Shown piece after piece: positions 1 to 14,147 of a stretch of DNA of 64,000 nt (positions are counted from its first letter, which is position 1; the number at the start of each line of letters is the position of its first letter). Made by a program: the position numbers and the translations under genes. The notes beneath the pieces were generated by a model. That model was not told the DNA's origin and did not search any database. It was given only the letters and a program-made list of their open reading frames with translations. Origin of the DNA: Eukaryota sp. GEM-RC1 (lineage: Eukaryota); the NCBI GenBank assembly GCA_040285855.1, contig JAUFOQ010000002.1:1302001-1366000 (forward strand), in the 5' to 3' direction.

Positions 1-1359
1 ATTGTCAGACAATTGTTCATCATCAGAAGATTCAACCTTATCAACAACAATTGGTTGACTTTTAATTGATATTGAACTTTTCTTGCTAGATCTTTTGTCG
101 TAAACTGGTTCAACAACTTCAACAGTTGGTGGCAGATTTAAATTAGAATTGTCAGACAATTGTTCATCATCAGAAGATTCAACCTTATCAACAACAATTG
201 GTTGACTTTTAATTGATTTTGAACTATTCTTGCTACATCTTTTGTCATATACTGGTTCCACAACTTCAACAGTAGGTGGCAGATTTAAATTAGAATTGTC
301 AGACAATTGTTCATCATCAGAAGATTCAACCTTATCAACAACAATTCGTTGACTTTTAATTGATATTGAACTTTTCTTGCTAGATCTTTTGTCGTAAACT
401 GGTTCAACAACTTCAAAAGTAGGTGGCAGATTTAAATTAGAATTGTCAGACAATTGTTCATCATCAGAAGATTCAACCTTATCAACAACAATTGGTTGAC
501 TTTTAATTGATTTTGAACTTTTCTTGCTAGATCTTTTGTCGTAAACTGGTTCAACAACTTCAACAGTAGGTGGCAAATTTAATTCAGAATTGTCAGACAA
601 TTGTTCATCATCAGAAGATTCAACCTTATCAACAACAATTGGTTGACTTTTAATTGATTTTGAACTTTTCTTGCTAGATCTTTTGTCGTAAACTGGTTCA
701 ACAACTTCAACAGTAGGTGGCAGATTTAAATTAGAATTGTCAGACAATTGTTCATCATCAGAAGATTCAACCTTATCAACAACAATTGGTTGACTTTTAA
801 TTGATATTGAACTTTTCTTGCTAGATCTTTTGTCGTAAACTGGTTCAACAACTTCAACAGTTGGTGGCAGATTTAAATTAGAATTGTCAGACAATTGTTC
901 ATCATCAGAAGATTCAACCTTATCAACAACAATTGGTTGACATTTAATTGATTTTGAACTTTTCCTGCCAGATCTTTTGTCGTAAACTGGTTCAACAACT
1001 TCAACAGTTGGTGGCAAATTTAATTCAGAATTGTCAGACAATTGTTCATCATCAGAAGATTCAACCTTATCAACAACAATTGGTTGACTTTTAATTGATT
1101 TTGAACTATTCTTGCTAGATCTTTTGTCATATACTGGTTCCACAACTTCAACAGTTGGTGGCAGATTTAAATTAGAATTGTCAGACAATTGTTCATCATC
1201 AGAAGATTCAACCTTATCAACAACAATTGGTTGACTTTTAATTGATTTTGAACTTTTCTTGCTAGATCTTTTGTCGTAAACTGGTTCAACAACTTCAACA
1301 GTTGGTGGCAAATTAAATTCAGAATTGTCAGACAATTGTTCATCATCAGAAGATTCAAC
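1..1359 (-). repeat. 147-bp coding tandem repeat (at least 9 units, runs off the window start)
   Basis: ATTGTCAGACAATTG recurs at 1, 148, 295 and onward (period 147 = 49 codons). The minus strand reads open as VESSDDEQLSDNSNLNLPPTVEVVEPVYDKRSSKKSSKSIKSQPIVVDK. Confidence 0.95.
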
Positions 1360-3001
1360 TTGATTAATAAAACTTCTTTGGCTTTTGAAGAAATCTCTTT
1401 CTGTATAACTAGTACCAACATTCATCTTCAACACCTCCACCTTCTTACTCTCTTTAAAAAACTCACCTGGTTTAAACTCACTACCACACGTCCCCTTGAT
1501 TTCCTTTTCCACACATTCAATCAGTACATCAAACAGAAACAACTGATCCTCCAAAGAATAAGAACAAGGTAAACCAGTGGAAAGTTCGTCTTGTAAAAGG
1601 AAAAACGACATTGTTTTCAGACGAGTTAATAATTTAAAAACGCCAGACACCAGACGATTAAAGAACTTTAACACTAGAGTATCTGGAAACGAAAGTTGTA
1701 CAAGAAAACGGTAAAGTACAAGCAGCAAAACGAGGATTAAGAATAGAAGATGAAAAGGGATCAAAATCAAATTGATTGGGATCAACAATGAAGGCATGTG
1801 ATTTAGAATATTTGACTGGGATCAACAATGTGGGACAGAGATCATCGACTAAATCAAAACTACAATACACTTCAGCTAATATGATATCAGTCAGCCGTCC
1901 AACCAACTCTCTGTTTCTAGACACAGTCGCAATTAAGGAAAGTCTACATAATCGGGTAACGTCATCACAATCTTGGAGGTCAGAAGGGAACGTGACAAAG
2001 GAAATTGATGACTTACTCTCGAATGTAGGAACGTTAGAGGTTTCTAATGAATAACTAATTGAAACATCGGGGAAAGAGTCTGAAGACAGAAGATCTAGAA
2101 AGTCAGAAATGACGAGTAAATGGGTCTTGCAGCCAATCAGTCTAAGGAAAGAGCTCAGATTGCAGAGATCAGGACCAGTGATTGATTCCATCTGATTGAT
2201 GGGAATAGTTGAGAGTCTGGATAAATATTTGAAAAATTGATTTTTGTATTTTAGATTGCTGTTGAGGTAATCCACGTTACAGCTATTGGAGAAGAAGATC
2301 ATGATTAACATCAAAAATGTAACATTATTAAATATTTTCATGATTTTGTCAAACGAAATCGCCAACAACAAATTAAAAAATCGTACAAAAATTTTAAAAC
2401 TCTCTGACATTTCCTCATTGAAAACTAAATCCTCAAGTAAACAGGATTTACAATCCTCTATTATATTGAACAAACTGACAAAATAGGGCACCCCGTCATT
2501 CCTTTTCCTCTTGATAAACCGATAACAGAACAAAAGAAACTGAAAACAACAATAGTCAGTGTGGAAGGAGAAGAGAGATGGTGTGATGTGGACAAGAGGG
2601 ACAGCAAATGAAGCAGTGTTCTTGGTTGGACAGTATGAATAGAGAACAATAGCGTGGTTGTGGTTAGGTGAGGTAAATAGAGTGGATATTATGAGAGAAA
2701 TGTGAGAAATCCAGGAAGAGGATGGAGACTTAGACCAATTATGTGTGAAGATGTCGTTCATGAAAGTGGCGTGGTAGTTCAAGGAGAGAAAGAGAGAAGC
2801 ACTGTGGTTGGAGCAAATGGAGATGATGTCATCCTGGACTTTAGAGTTGGTTTCATTGTGATCAACTAAGATACAGATTCGATCTCTAGCTGCACCATCA
2901 ACAATGGAGATTAAGGGATTGTTAAACGAAATCTTACGAATTTCGGTTGCAAGGACATCAAACGGGACTATATCGGGTAAGTCGTCATCAGATGATGACA
3001 T
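1..3001 (-). CDS. Large hypothetical protein with C-terminal 49-aa repeats (3' end outside window)
   Basis: ORF 1658-3001 overlaps a second frame open from about 1770 (HLLFLILVLLLVLYRF...) through MSFFLLQD (ATG 1611) into the repeat. One indel near 1755-1760 would join them; otherwise these are two genes. Confidence 0.65.
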
Positions 3002-3059
3002 TTAAGGAAATGCTCTTGATATAAGGTTGAAGAAATCAGACAAAGTGATGGATTTGATT

Positions 3060-3729
3060 CATAGTACGGAAAACACCGGGCGTGTTTGAACACGGTGTTG
3101 AGTGTGAACGTGTTCTGAACGTGTTGTATTTTTTTGAAGGGTGAGTTGCGGTGTTTTTAGTTGTTGATTGTTTCAAGCTGTCGTATTAAAATAGTTTCAA
3201 ATATATCATTCTTTACTGAATAAAAGGTGATGAGAACAAAGAGGAGTTCTTTGAACCTGGAATTGATAGTCACTGATTGAACGTGAATATAAGTTATCCA
3301 CTACAGTAGTTAGCGTTTCAAGAAATTTGAACTATACACTTTACAATTAGTGGGTAACTTCATCTGAGTCTCCAAATTGTTCAAGATAAAACGGGCTTCA
3401 ATTTACAGCAACGCTGAAACTGATTTTTTGACTTGGAAGCAAGGTGGGTACTCTTGAACTGTGTCTTATACATAAATATCTTTTCTTTATACTCACAATG
3501 CATCTGAAATAATCGTGACTAGTAATGATACGATTGTAAAGGTTGTGTCACGATTGCACATAGAAGGGAAGTATTCGATCACTGAAGGTCAAACACTTTT
3601 GATGAGAGGATTGGATGAAAAGTTTGGGTGGTTGGGTGGCGGTGTTTTAGCGGTGTTCAACACGGTGTTGAGTGTGAACGTGTTCTGAACGTGTTGTAAC
3701 TGGAAGAACACGTGTTTTTCCGTACTATG
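3060..3729. mobile_element. 670-bp non-autonomous TIR element (CATAG termini, 8-bp TSD; P-like or hAT-like)
   Basis: TIRs CATAGTACGGAAAACAC / GTGTTTTTCCGTACTATG. ATTTGATT is duplicated at 3052-3059 and 3730-3737. A 40-bp subterminal direct repeat lies at about 3089 and 3659. Confidence 0.85.
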
Positions 3730-3917
3730 ATTTGATTCAATTTGGTCCAAATTTCTCACCCGACTTTCAAACAGAAAGTACATTACCCATAAAGGCTCTA
3801 ATATGAAGCGATACAAGGTCTGTTTTCAGTTCAATGCGTTTTATGTCTGTATATTATTGAAGATGACAAAAAACAAATGATGATAACAAGAGTTTATTAA
3901 AACAGTTCAAAAACCAC

Positions 3918-3988
3918 TCATGAGCCATCAGATCTTTCCCGTGTCAGTGACATTGAAGGAAAGTCATCACATTGGCAATCAATCATGA
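3918..3988 (-). promoter_or_regulatory. SECIS element (type II-like, GUGA variant) in the TrxR 3' UTR
   Basis: Minus strand: GCCA-AU-GUGAU-GACUUUCCUUC-AA-UGUC-ACU-GACA-CGGGAAAGAUC-UGAU-GGC. It shows a UGA/GA quartet, CUUUCCU/GGGAAAG stem, unpaired AA, a mini-stem, and outer GCCA/UGGC and UCAUGA helices. Confidence 0.75.
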
Positions 3989-4007
3989 TTTTTGAGGTAG
4001 AGGTCAG

Positions 4008-5589
<1,582 letters not shown>

Positions 5590-6012
5590 CTATCCACTCA
5601 CCCGTGATACTCTCTATAATTGCTTCAAAACATACTATTTAGACGAAGAACCAATTCCTTTCATTAGTGATCATAATTGAACTGTATATGGGCACTGAAC
5701 GAAAACAAATCTAGCTCAGATGAAGCAAAATTGGGAGTAAATAATACGTCTAAAAATAGAATCTCAAAATTCTGAATACAATGTATTTACATAATGACAA
5801 TTGTATTTAACGCATAGCGTTAAAACTTAAAATAGTTTACCAGCCAAAATGGCTTGAGCTGCTACATTCATTAAATAGAAAATCCCAATTCATTAAAGAG
5901 ACACATAATTTACAATCTGTGAAAACAAATTCTTACAACTACTTCTTACTATAATACACTGCAACCAAAAGACCTTAAGCCCTCCAAACAATTAAACTAC
6001 AAGAAAAGCTCA

Positions 6013-8843
6013 TCAATTCAACAACAAATTACTTTTTACCCCCTTCCTCCTTATCGGACCAGTAGACAATGACCTCTTCTCACTCGATAGATTCAATTTA
6101 CTAGAGGAAACAGGGGGTAACAGTGGAGTGTACTTCGCACTCACAGGTTCAGACTCAATAGAATCATCTTCTGACTCTGATGAGTCATCAATATCATAAT
6201 CAAGTGCACGTAACCTAGCTCGAAGTTTTGAAATCTTCAACCTCAGTTTCGCTAAGTTATACGAATACTCCCTGGCATTCTTAATCAGTGCTTCATTAAG
6301 TGTTTCGACCTTCCTTCTTAGTGCTTCAACTTCAGCTGAATCAACTTCATCTTCCTTGGATTCAACTTCAAACGGATTACCATTAGAACCTTCACCTTGG
6401 ACAACCTTTATGTGACCCTCAAGCTTTTCAATCACCATTTGTTGACGTGTTAGAGCTTCTTTGAGTGCAGGCAGAACACCAGCACGGTCTTGCAGTTTCA
6501 GTACAGCTTGATTTTGAATTGAGTGAACTCTTTTGAGATCACTGTATTTCTTCTCGACTTGAGCTGTTCTAGAAGCAATAGAATGAAGTCGTGCGATTTC
6601 CTCACGAATCTCCTTGACAAACATGAAATCATTCGACACTTTCCCAGAAATAGCCATTGATTGCTTTGATTCCATCATCTTTTTGATTCAATCAAATCAT
6701 TCCGTTCAGAAATTACTATAGAAAGATCCAATTCAACTTTTTTCCGTACATTTGTTTCATTTACAAGATCAGTCCGAGTCTTATTATACTGTTCCATTAA
6801 CTTTGAATACTTGTTCTTAAGTATAGACAGATCCTCATGACTTTGATCCACCACAGCATCAGTTTCAACTGATTGGTCAATCATGTTGACGTTCTCCTCG
6901 CTAAACACGTGTGAACCACTATGAACGTACGGTGGCTCCTTCATAATAGAAGAAGTAGTCTTGAATACGTGTTCTTTTCTACTACTCCTGTATCATTCTC
7001 TGTATCTTTCTTCTCTTTCCTTTCTCCCTTTTCACTTCGATCTAACTTCTCCTTTCGTCTGTTTACTGATTCAGAAGGAGAAGGTTCGTTATAATCACGT
7101 TGTTGTTCTAGTCGGTCGACTTCTTCAACGAGCTTGTCAATGGCTTCTTCACTGTGACACATATTATCACAGTCAATGGGATGACCGTGACCCATATGGT
7201 CATCGTCATCATCATCATCGTGGAAATGATCAATCAAATCTGATGGACCTTTGATTATTGACCCTTTCTCTGCTTGAACAGAATCATCATCGTCATCATC
7301 CATATCCTCTTCTGCTGACGTGTCCTGAGATCCATCCAACTCTATCGAATAACAACTGGACAATTGGTGAATCCACTGAGCAGTTGTCCAACACCTAGCC
7401 TTGACTTTTAAAGAAAAGTTTGAATCTTCCAGTGACGAGAGCCTTGTGCTTAGTATGGTGGGTTTGAGTGAAGAAGGGTTAGGGAGGATAGACTCCAGGG
7501 CAAGGGAGAAGTTACGGTAGATGCTGAAGTCGAAGAAGGACGGATTGGAGCATGTGTAGAGGGAGACGTGGAGAATGGAGGCTGGGAGGGATAGTAGATC
7601 TTGGGGGATGGAAAAGTTGAAAGATTCGGAGAGGTCGGAAGAATCTGAAATTCTAAAAATCTTGGAAATTTGATCAGATACAGACATTTCACTTGACGAA
7701 TTTTTCAAAATTTGTTCAATTATTGAATCACCATCCTCTACCTTGGCTACAGGTTGAAAATGATCCTCTGGCTGAAAGTTTGGATTAATTGTATGACTTA
7801 CTGAATTAATTCCCCTCCCACTATTAAACTTTAACGAAACTACAGCAATAACAAGAGGATTCTCTTGTAAAACTGTCTGACAACATCCTACTAAATGTTG
7901 AAGGTCCAGTTGCAGCTTACATATCTTGGGATATTTCTTACTCAGAGTAAGCTCATAATCGGTACTAAACTCGTTCTGAACTGACAAGAAGACTCGAGAG
8001 TTACAGGAAGATCCATTAACCTGACTAAGACCAAGTGAAATGAAGAACCTTCGACCAGGTGGTAGGAGTCTGATGTCCATTTGAGAGCAGAAAAGCAACT
8101 TCCTAGATTGATCGTGGACAACACCGACAAAGAGCTCTTCCTGATTGACTATTTCATCAGTTGTGAGAGCCGCTTCCAGAAAGGTGGCGTATAGTGGTGA
8201 TGCGGTATTACGAATGACTTTAGTGGTGAGCTTGGTGGGAATACGTTCACGCAAGGACTTGGTAGACTTTAGAGTGATAAAGACATCTATGGGAGAAGAA
8301 GGGTGGTCAGGGGGAGTAGAAAGAGTCTCCAGAGTAGATGTACACGTGAGACATTAATGGAGAAGCATCAGTGAAAGGTTGGAGAGATTGAGTGGCGGAT
8401 AGTTGTTGAGAGTCATTGTTTGCATCTAGAGAGCCAGTGAAAAAGGCTATAGTGAGAGAGCCAATAGTTTGTTTTGAATTTGATCGCGATGATATGGGAA
8501 AAGTTTCTGAATACGGAAGTGAGGATGATAGAGAAGAAAGAATGGGTTTGAGAGGGATTGTCAGTGATCCAAGTACTTTTGCTTGCCCCTTCTTTCCCTC
8601 GGACGGAGAGGATAGAACAGTGAGAACATCGATCAATAGTTTGGTTTTAGCTGAGATAGGACCAGTGAAGCTGAAATGTCGATTGCGAAAGAGAGGATTT
8701 GTCGTATTATGAGAAACATCTGTGCGGAAGATTTGATGTGATGAGCTGTTCTTATCAGCGATCTTAAGAGATACAAAGTAGTTTAAAGACTCATTGAACT
8801 GTACATTATCTATAGAAACAGAGAAGTAATTAGAGATAGACAT
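6013..8843 (-). CDS. C2-domain plus coiled-coil protein, CCDC33-like
   Basis: Four consecutive minus-strand ORFs join at homopolymer indels (about 8320, 6975, 6680). N-terminal C2-like segments (FRTDVSHNTTNPLF) and a C-terminal coiled coil (LKEALTRQQMVIEKLE, LIKNAREYSYNLAKL) resemble CCDC33. Confidence 0.55.
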
Positions 8844-8914
8844 CCGTCTTTGTTGAGGACATCCAAAATGGAATTCGATTTCGCAACCCCCAACCTAGAC
8901 TGGACTCTATACTA

Positions 8915-9172
8915 ATGGGATCTGTCTTTTCATGTTGTCCAACACCAAGTGCTCGAGCTATGACTACCGTTGATGTACTTAAACATCTCGCGGAAGAGGA
9001 AGATGATATGGCTCTCAACTTAAATCATGTTCAATCTCACCGGAGTTCTCTTCCTTCTGGTGTGGATAGATCATCTTCAGATTCAGCGTATCGCCCGCGC
9101 TCCCCTTCCGGGGACTCTCTGAGGTTTCTTGATGGCCCTTCATTAAGAAAAGGGTTTGAGTCTACTGTTTAG
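8915..9172 (+). CDS. Small protein with putative N-myristoylation/palmitoylation motif
   Basis: 85-aa ORF starting MGSVFSCC, divergent from the CCDC33-like gene. Confidence 0.5.
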   Translation: MGSVFSCCPTPSARAMTTVDVLKHLAEEEDDMALNLNHVQSHRSSLPSGVDRSSSDSAYRPRSPSGDSLRFLDGPSLRKGFESTV

Positions 9173-9599
9173 TTTCTTGTTCAAGAACACTTGTTATCTG
9201 TTTTGTGCGATTCTATGAGCTTCACCCTCCGTATGTCTAACTTTCTATGCTATCTATGTTTGGTAATGGAGGGAGTTTTCAAATGATGGGTTTCTTCGTT
9301 CATTACGTCGTTTTGTATTTTCTACATTTTATTCATTGTTTCATAGAACTTAGTCGGATATTGGTGATCAATAACCTGTTAGCTTGATAGTCTGTCCACT
9401 GTTTTCATCAATATACCAGTTCACTAGTTTTTTACCGACTTAATACCACTGTCATTTTTTTCCAATCAGATTCACTTCTGTGACTTAAACTGTGTATAGA
9501 AGAAGTGGGAAAAAGTACATATAAAAATAAAAGTTATGAAACACTGGACACAGAGAATTCCTGGTCAAATTATACAACTTTGAGAAAAAATAAATAAAT

Positions 9600-10000
9600 A
9601 TATTATTTAACAACCCTGGTTGAAACCTTTTGAAGTTGGGCTATTATCATAAGTTTGAGCACATGGATCTACTATTGTCACATCAAGGATAGTTTGACTA
9701 GAATCAATAAAAGCCATGTAAGTCATCTCTAACGGGAGAGACAATAGAGATTTTTCAGGAATATTTGGTAAATGAGAAGGAAAACAACTGTTCCAAATAT
9801 CCAAATCCAAATCGTCAATAACCCAGACTAACGAACTTAACCAAGGAGTAGAATGAATAAGATTATCATTGATTAAAAGACCGTATCTGGATTTAAATAC
9901 AAATAGAAAATTCTTCATTCCACCAACAAACGCACTTTTAGTTAAGTATGAAGCTCTTGAAAAACCCACACCACTAAAAATAGCCGATGAAAAAGCAACA
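9600..10000 (-). mobile_element. RLE-type (CRE-like) non-LTR retrotransposon fragment
   Basis: GVGFSRASYLTKSAFVGG matches the GGIGFTSSRYWTKAAF segment at about 50100. ILDVTIVDP is RLE-like. Confidence 0.6.
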
Positions 10001-10073
10001 GCTACTGTATGTTTTCACTTTGATTCCATTCAGGCAAGAACTTATAGATGATGTTCGGAACAAATTTTGCTTA

Positions 10074-10156
10074 CGGATCTTAGCTCAGTTGGTAGAGCAT
10101 TCGACTGTAGATTTGTAGTTATCGAAATGTCCTGGGTTCAATTCCCAGAGGTCCGA
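10074..10156 (+). tRNA. tRNA-Tyr(GTA) with 10-nt intron (10111-10120)
   Basis: Acceptor CGGATCT/AGGTCCG, D arm GCTC/GAGC, anticodon stem TTCGA/TCGAA around CT-GTA-G, intron at the canonical 37/38 position, T arm CTGGG-TTCAATT-CCCAG, followed by a T-run. Confidence 0.95.
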
Positions 10157-10199
10157 ATTTTTATCCAATACCATTTGATTCACCAACAACCTCATAAAT

Positions 10200-10750
10200 A
10201 CTTTCTTTTTAATAATAAACCATACACTTGCGGAATTTGATTAATTAATGCCACAGCAGAACTCTCCTTTAAATCAATTAAAAAAATAGAAGATGTACAT
10301 CCCAAACCTCCAAGATATGGACCGGAAAATGTTTGGTTATTTAAAATGTTGGGTTTGACTTGAAGAAGGAATGAAAGAAAGTCTGTGCGAATTTTGTTAA
10401 AAGCTCTATAATAATTAATTGATTGATTATTAATATTATATATTTTGATACTATTATATTATAACTTAATATTTTAAGTTCATTCCTTTTGCTATTTCAA
10501 TTCTTGGTAATATTGGAATTGCTGCTGAAAATTTCTTTGGTGCCTTTTCAAAGTTGTGTCGTGACCATAGGAAAAATTTTAATCAGTCTCTTTGGCGCAA
10601 TCGCATTGTTTTTTCCTTATATAGAAGTTTCCCAAAGTATTTGAATCGTATTCTGGACAAATTGTATCGTTGTAGTTCAAGAGTAGATGTGGATCATTTA
10701 ATATCTTTTAAGTACTAGTTGTTTGTATTTCGTTAATCTATAATATAAAA
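10200..10750. mobile_element. Two CRE-like retrotransposon fragments (minus about 10200-10340; plus 3' end about 10470-10750)
   Basis: 10220-10285 matches 48583-48650. The minus strand reads GPYLGGLGC. The plus strand reads FIPFAISILGNIG...WRNRIVFSLYR, like other element C-termini in the window. Confidence 0.65.
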
Positions 10751-10960
10751 CCTAATTACTTTTTTTGATAATAATGTAGTTAATTTAGCTCTATAATCTA
10801 TTGATCTAATCGGAAGTCATACTTTAACTCAGGAGCAAGTGACCTTAAAAGATGAGTAATCATCAAGATTGTTGACAATATCGCTGATTAACACAGTTCT
10901 TTACTTTTGATTGTATACAGCATTACGTCCAAAAAAAGGCCTGAACAATTCACAATTGTC

Positions 10961-11033
10961 GCTCCAATGGCTCAGTTGGTAGAGCATTCCTTTAGTAAGG
11001 GAAAGGTCCAGAGTTCGAATCTCTGTTGGAGCA
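10961..11033 (+). tRNA. tRNA-Thr(AGT)
   Basis: Acceptor GCTCCAA/TTGGAGC, anticodon stem TTCCT/GGGAA with loop TT-AGT-AA, T arm CAGAG-TTCGAAT-CTCTG, TTTT terminator. Confidence 0.95.
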
Positions 11034-11100
11034 TTTTGGTTTACATTTTTTTTTGAGAAATTTTTGATCTCTGTTTCCACGGATAGATAACGTACTCCTA

Positions 11101-12671
11101 ATGAACCTGGACTATTCCTCTGACCTTTCTGCTTCTGCTGTGGATGATAGTCCGAGTTGTCGATCTCGCATTAACTCTATTGTCTCCCTGAACAATGATT
11201 TTGATCTTATCATCACCGAATCTCTACAGGAACATGAACCTAGCTCATCTCATTCTAGCTCTCATTCTGACATAAGTACTTGTGACACTCCCCTACCATC
11301 TTATTCCACAAAACCTATTTCTGACTTCAAAGCGCTGCTACAACTCTCGACTCCTGCAGCTATCCTTATGATGTTAACAATGATGCTTGGAATCACTGAC
11401 TCTATAATGATTGGTAACCGTTTGGGTACAGAAGCTCTTGCTGCTGTAGGAACGGTTCTTCACTTAATGCAAATGTCTCTTTTTATTCCTGTTACTGCTT
11501 CATTTGCTTTAGATGCCTTAGGAAACCAGGCAATTGGATCTAATAATTATAAAGCTGTTGGAATGTATGTTCAGCAAGCACTTATTGTTTCAGGTGTCCT
11601 GTCTCTAATTCCCTTGATTCTATGGACTTTTTCTTATCAACTGTTATTAGCAGCAGGTTTTTCCGATACTTTGGCTCAGAATGCAAGTGTTTACTTGAAA
11701 TCACAAATTTTTTCGATTCCTTTTTTCGTCATATTTAAAGTTATTGGAACAAAAGTCCTTGAAATTCAAGGCAAACTCTATCCACAAGCCATCTTCTTCT
11801 TTATCACAAACATCATGAACGTCATCACAAATTACCTCTTCCTGTGGGTATTCAACTTTGGTTTAAAAGGAGCTGCAATCTCAACTGGAATCTGTCGTAT
11901 ATGGCCTTTGTTGATGGTAGTTCTTTATCATAAAAAGTATAAAACTTTTGACAAGATTTGGAGCCCGTGGACAAAAGCCAACATTTCCATTCAAAACCTA
12001 AAGAAGTACTGTCGAATTGCACTTCCTGCTGTCTATTTCTTTGCAATTGAAGGCTCAGCTGTCAGTATGTGGTCTTTATTCGCTGGCAGAATGGGCGAAG
12101 TTGAAGCAGCTAGCCACACAGTCATCATGACGTCATCTGGTATCTCATATACTCTGGGCATAGGACTTTCAATTGCCCTGTCCATTAGAGTTGGTCAACT
12201 TACTGGACAAGGAGAAGCTGTGAGGGCAAGGAGGACTGCGAAGATGGGAATATCACTATCAGCTGGTATTATGGTCTTTTTTGCTCTTGTTTATGTCTCT
12301 CTACGAAGTTACTTACCTACTTTGTTTGTTGATGATGCTGAAGTCACTGAGGTCGCCAAGGATTTGTATATCTTTGCCGCCTTTTATCAACTTGCTATTG
12401 GAGTGAAGCTATCTGCTAGTGGTGTGGCAGAGGTTTAGGCCGTAATAAGATCACGGCGATTGTTGCATTTATTTGTTTTTATCTGATTTCTTTACCAGCT
12501 TCTCTGTTATTGTCTTTTGTATTTGGATATGGAATTCGTGGCCAATGGTTTGCTATTGTTGTTGCTTTGAATTGTGCAGCATCTTTGCTTTTATTCTTTG
12601 TTAGTAGATTTAACTTTCATGAAGAGGTTGAGCTTGCTAGAGAGAGAATTCAAGCCAGGAAAGTTGTTTAG
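11101..12671 (+). CDS. MATE (MatE) efflux transporter
   Basis: LGTEALAAVG and LSIRVGQLTGQG motifs, multiple TM helices. After a one-base indel at about 12426 it continues RGLGRNKITAIVAF... to TAG at 12669-12671. Confidence 0.9.
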
Positions 12672-12872
12672 TTTCTGAGGTTTTATTTCAGTTTTTATGA
12701 TGTCCTGAAGGTTTTTAATGCAGAATATCTTGGTCATCGATTAGTTAGTTTTTTATTTGCACTGTTCACTTGAACTTATTTTAATCCAGATTAAATGTTT
12801 TACGATACAATTTATACAAATTTACACACAATAACACTTTTTCGAACATTGAAAGAGTTATCTAAACTGCTA

Positions 12873-14147
12873 TTAAACATAACACTTAACAAAATCAGAA
12901 AATGAAGAATATCTAATGGCACACAAATGTCTAACCAATGCAGCATTTCCATAAGAAGAATTTGGTACTCCAACGGTATTATACTTAATGTAAGTTTTCA
13001 ACATCTTCTTGTCACTAGAAAGGTTCTTCCAAGCTTGGTAAACTCCATTAGCACTCAAATCAGAAACTTTAAACAATTCTCTAGCATCATGTTCTAACTC
13101 CCAATGATCAAAAAGTTCAGAATTAGCTTTTGTCAAATTCAGAAAAAATTGCTCATAATTTAAAATTACCCCACTGGTTCTGTTATAGTGATACAATCTT
13201 ACCCCAGGATTATTCCCAACAACAATAAGTTCTGAGTAATAAACCAACGAAGGAGAGATGAACAGTGGGATTCCAGGCTTCTGTAGACGTTCACTGAAAA
13301 CTAATCGTAGAGCTTGAGTATGTTCATGGCCTGAAAAGATTGCAGAAATCACATTGCACTCAATTCCCTTTTCAAATACCTCCAGCAGTTTGTCATTGAA
13401 CTTTGGTATTAGATTAGGAACTGGGGTGGCAACTGACTCAGTAACACCTAGAGGACAATGCATGAACACTAGTGCAACTCTATTGGTCTTCTTGAGATAC
13501 TCGATTTGTTCCTCAATCCAAACAAACTGATCACCAGGATCATCCATGTGAACTGTTTCAGGATTTGTTACGAAATAGTAAGCAGTGTTAAGTACAAGAA
13601 AAGACAGCGTTGGAGAATGATCAACTCTGTAATAGCCACCTTTAAGGAAGTTATCTCCTTGATCAAGAGGAATATGGTCTTTCCACAGAGGATATAAGTC
13701 CTGGAAAACGTAATCAGAGGTTTTGCCAAAATGGTTGACATTGACAACATCGTGGTTGCCAATGGTCCAAACGAAAGGAGTGGAAAACTGTTCAGTTATG
13801 TAGGATGTAAAGGATGTGGACATTTCCTTTAAACGACGTCGATTCCAGTCATTTTTTAAGCATGATGGAGGTAGGTCTCCCAGATAAGCTATGAAATCAG
13901 GATTTGGTTGAATGGACTTCATGTGTTTCACGGCGGATTCCACCAGAGTAAAAGGTGCAGAACAACGAGGATGACCAAAGAGACCAGCATCTCCTTCTCC
14001 TTCTATGCAGGATTCCTTTTCGTTGGAACCGACAATGTAATTCCATTGCCAGTGGACATCATTAATGGCCCAGAAAGTACCCACATCAGTAGCCAAAGCA
14101 GAAACAACACAAAAGTATATTAAGATGATGACAATCATGTGCCTCAT
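12873..14147 (-). CDS. Secreted acid sphingomyelinase-like metallophosphoesterase (SMPDL3-like), copy 1
   Basis: Signal peptide; DVH, GD, GNHD, H and GHEH calcineurin-like motifs; NNPGVRLYHY. Confidence 0.9.
   Translation of the reverse strand: MRHMIVIILIYFCVVSALATDVGTFWAINDVHWQWNYIVGSNEKESCIEGEGDAGLFGHPRCSAPFTLVESAVKHMKSIQPNPDFIAYLGDLPPSCLKNDWNRRRLKEMSTSFTSYITEQFSTPFVWTIGNHDVVNVNHFGKTSDYVFQDLYPLWKDHIPLDQGDNFLKGGYYRVDHSPTLSFLVLNTAYYFVTNPETVHMDDPGDQFVWIEEQIEYLKKTNRVALVFMHCPLGVTESVATPVPNLIPKFNDKLLEVFEKGIECNVISAIFSGHEHTQALRLVFSERLQKPGIPLFISPSLVYYSELIVVGNNPGVRLYHYNRTSGVILNYEQFFLNLTKANSELFDHWELEHDARELFKVSDLSANGVYQAWKNLSSDKKMLKTYIKYNTVGVPNSSYGNAALVRHLCAIRYSSFSDFVKCYV

Noticed and set aside
1..1359. 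Possible CRISPR array or nucleosome-length satellite (147-bp period)
   Set aside because: There are no unique spacers. The period is a multiple of 3 with an open reading frame continuous with upstream coding sequence.
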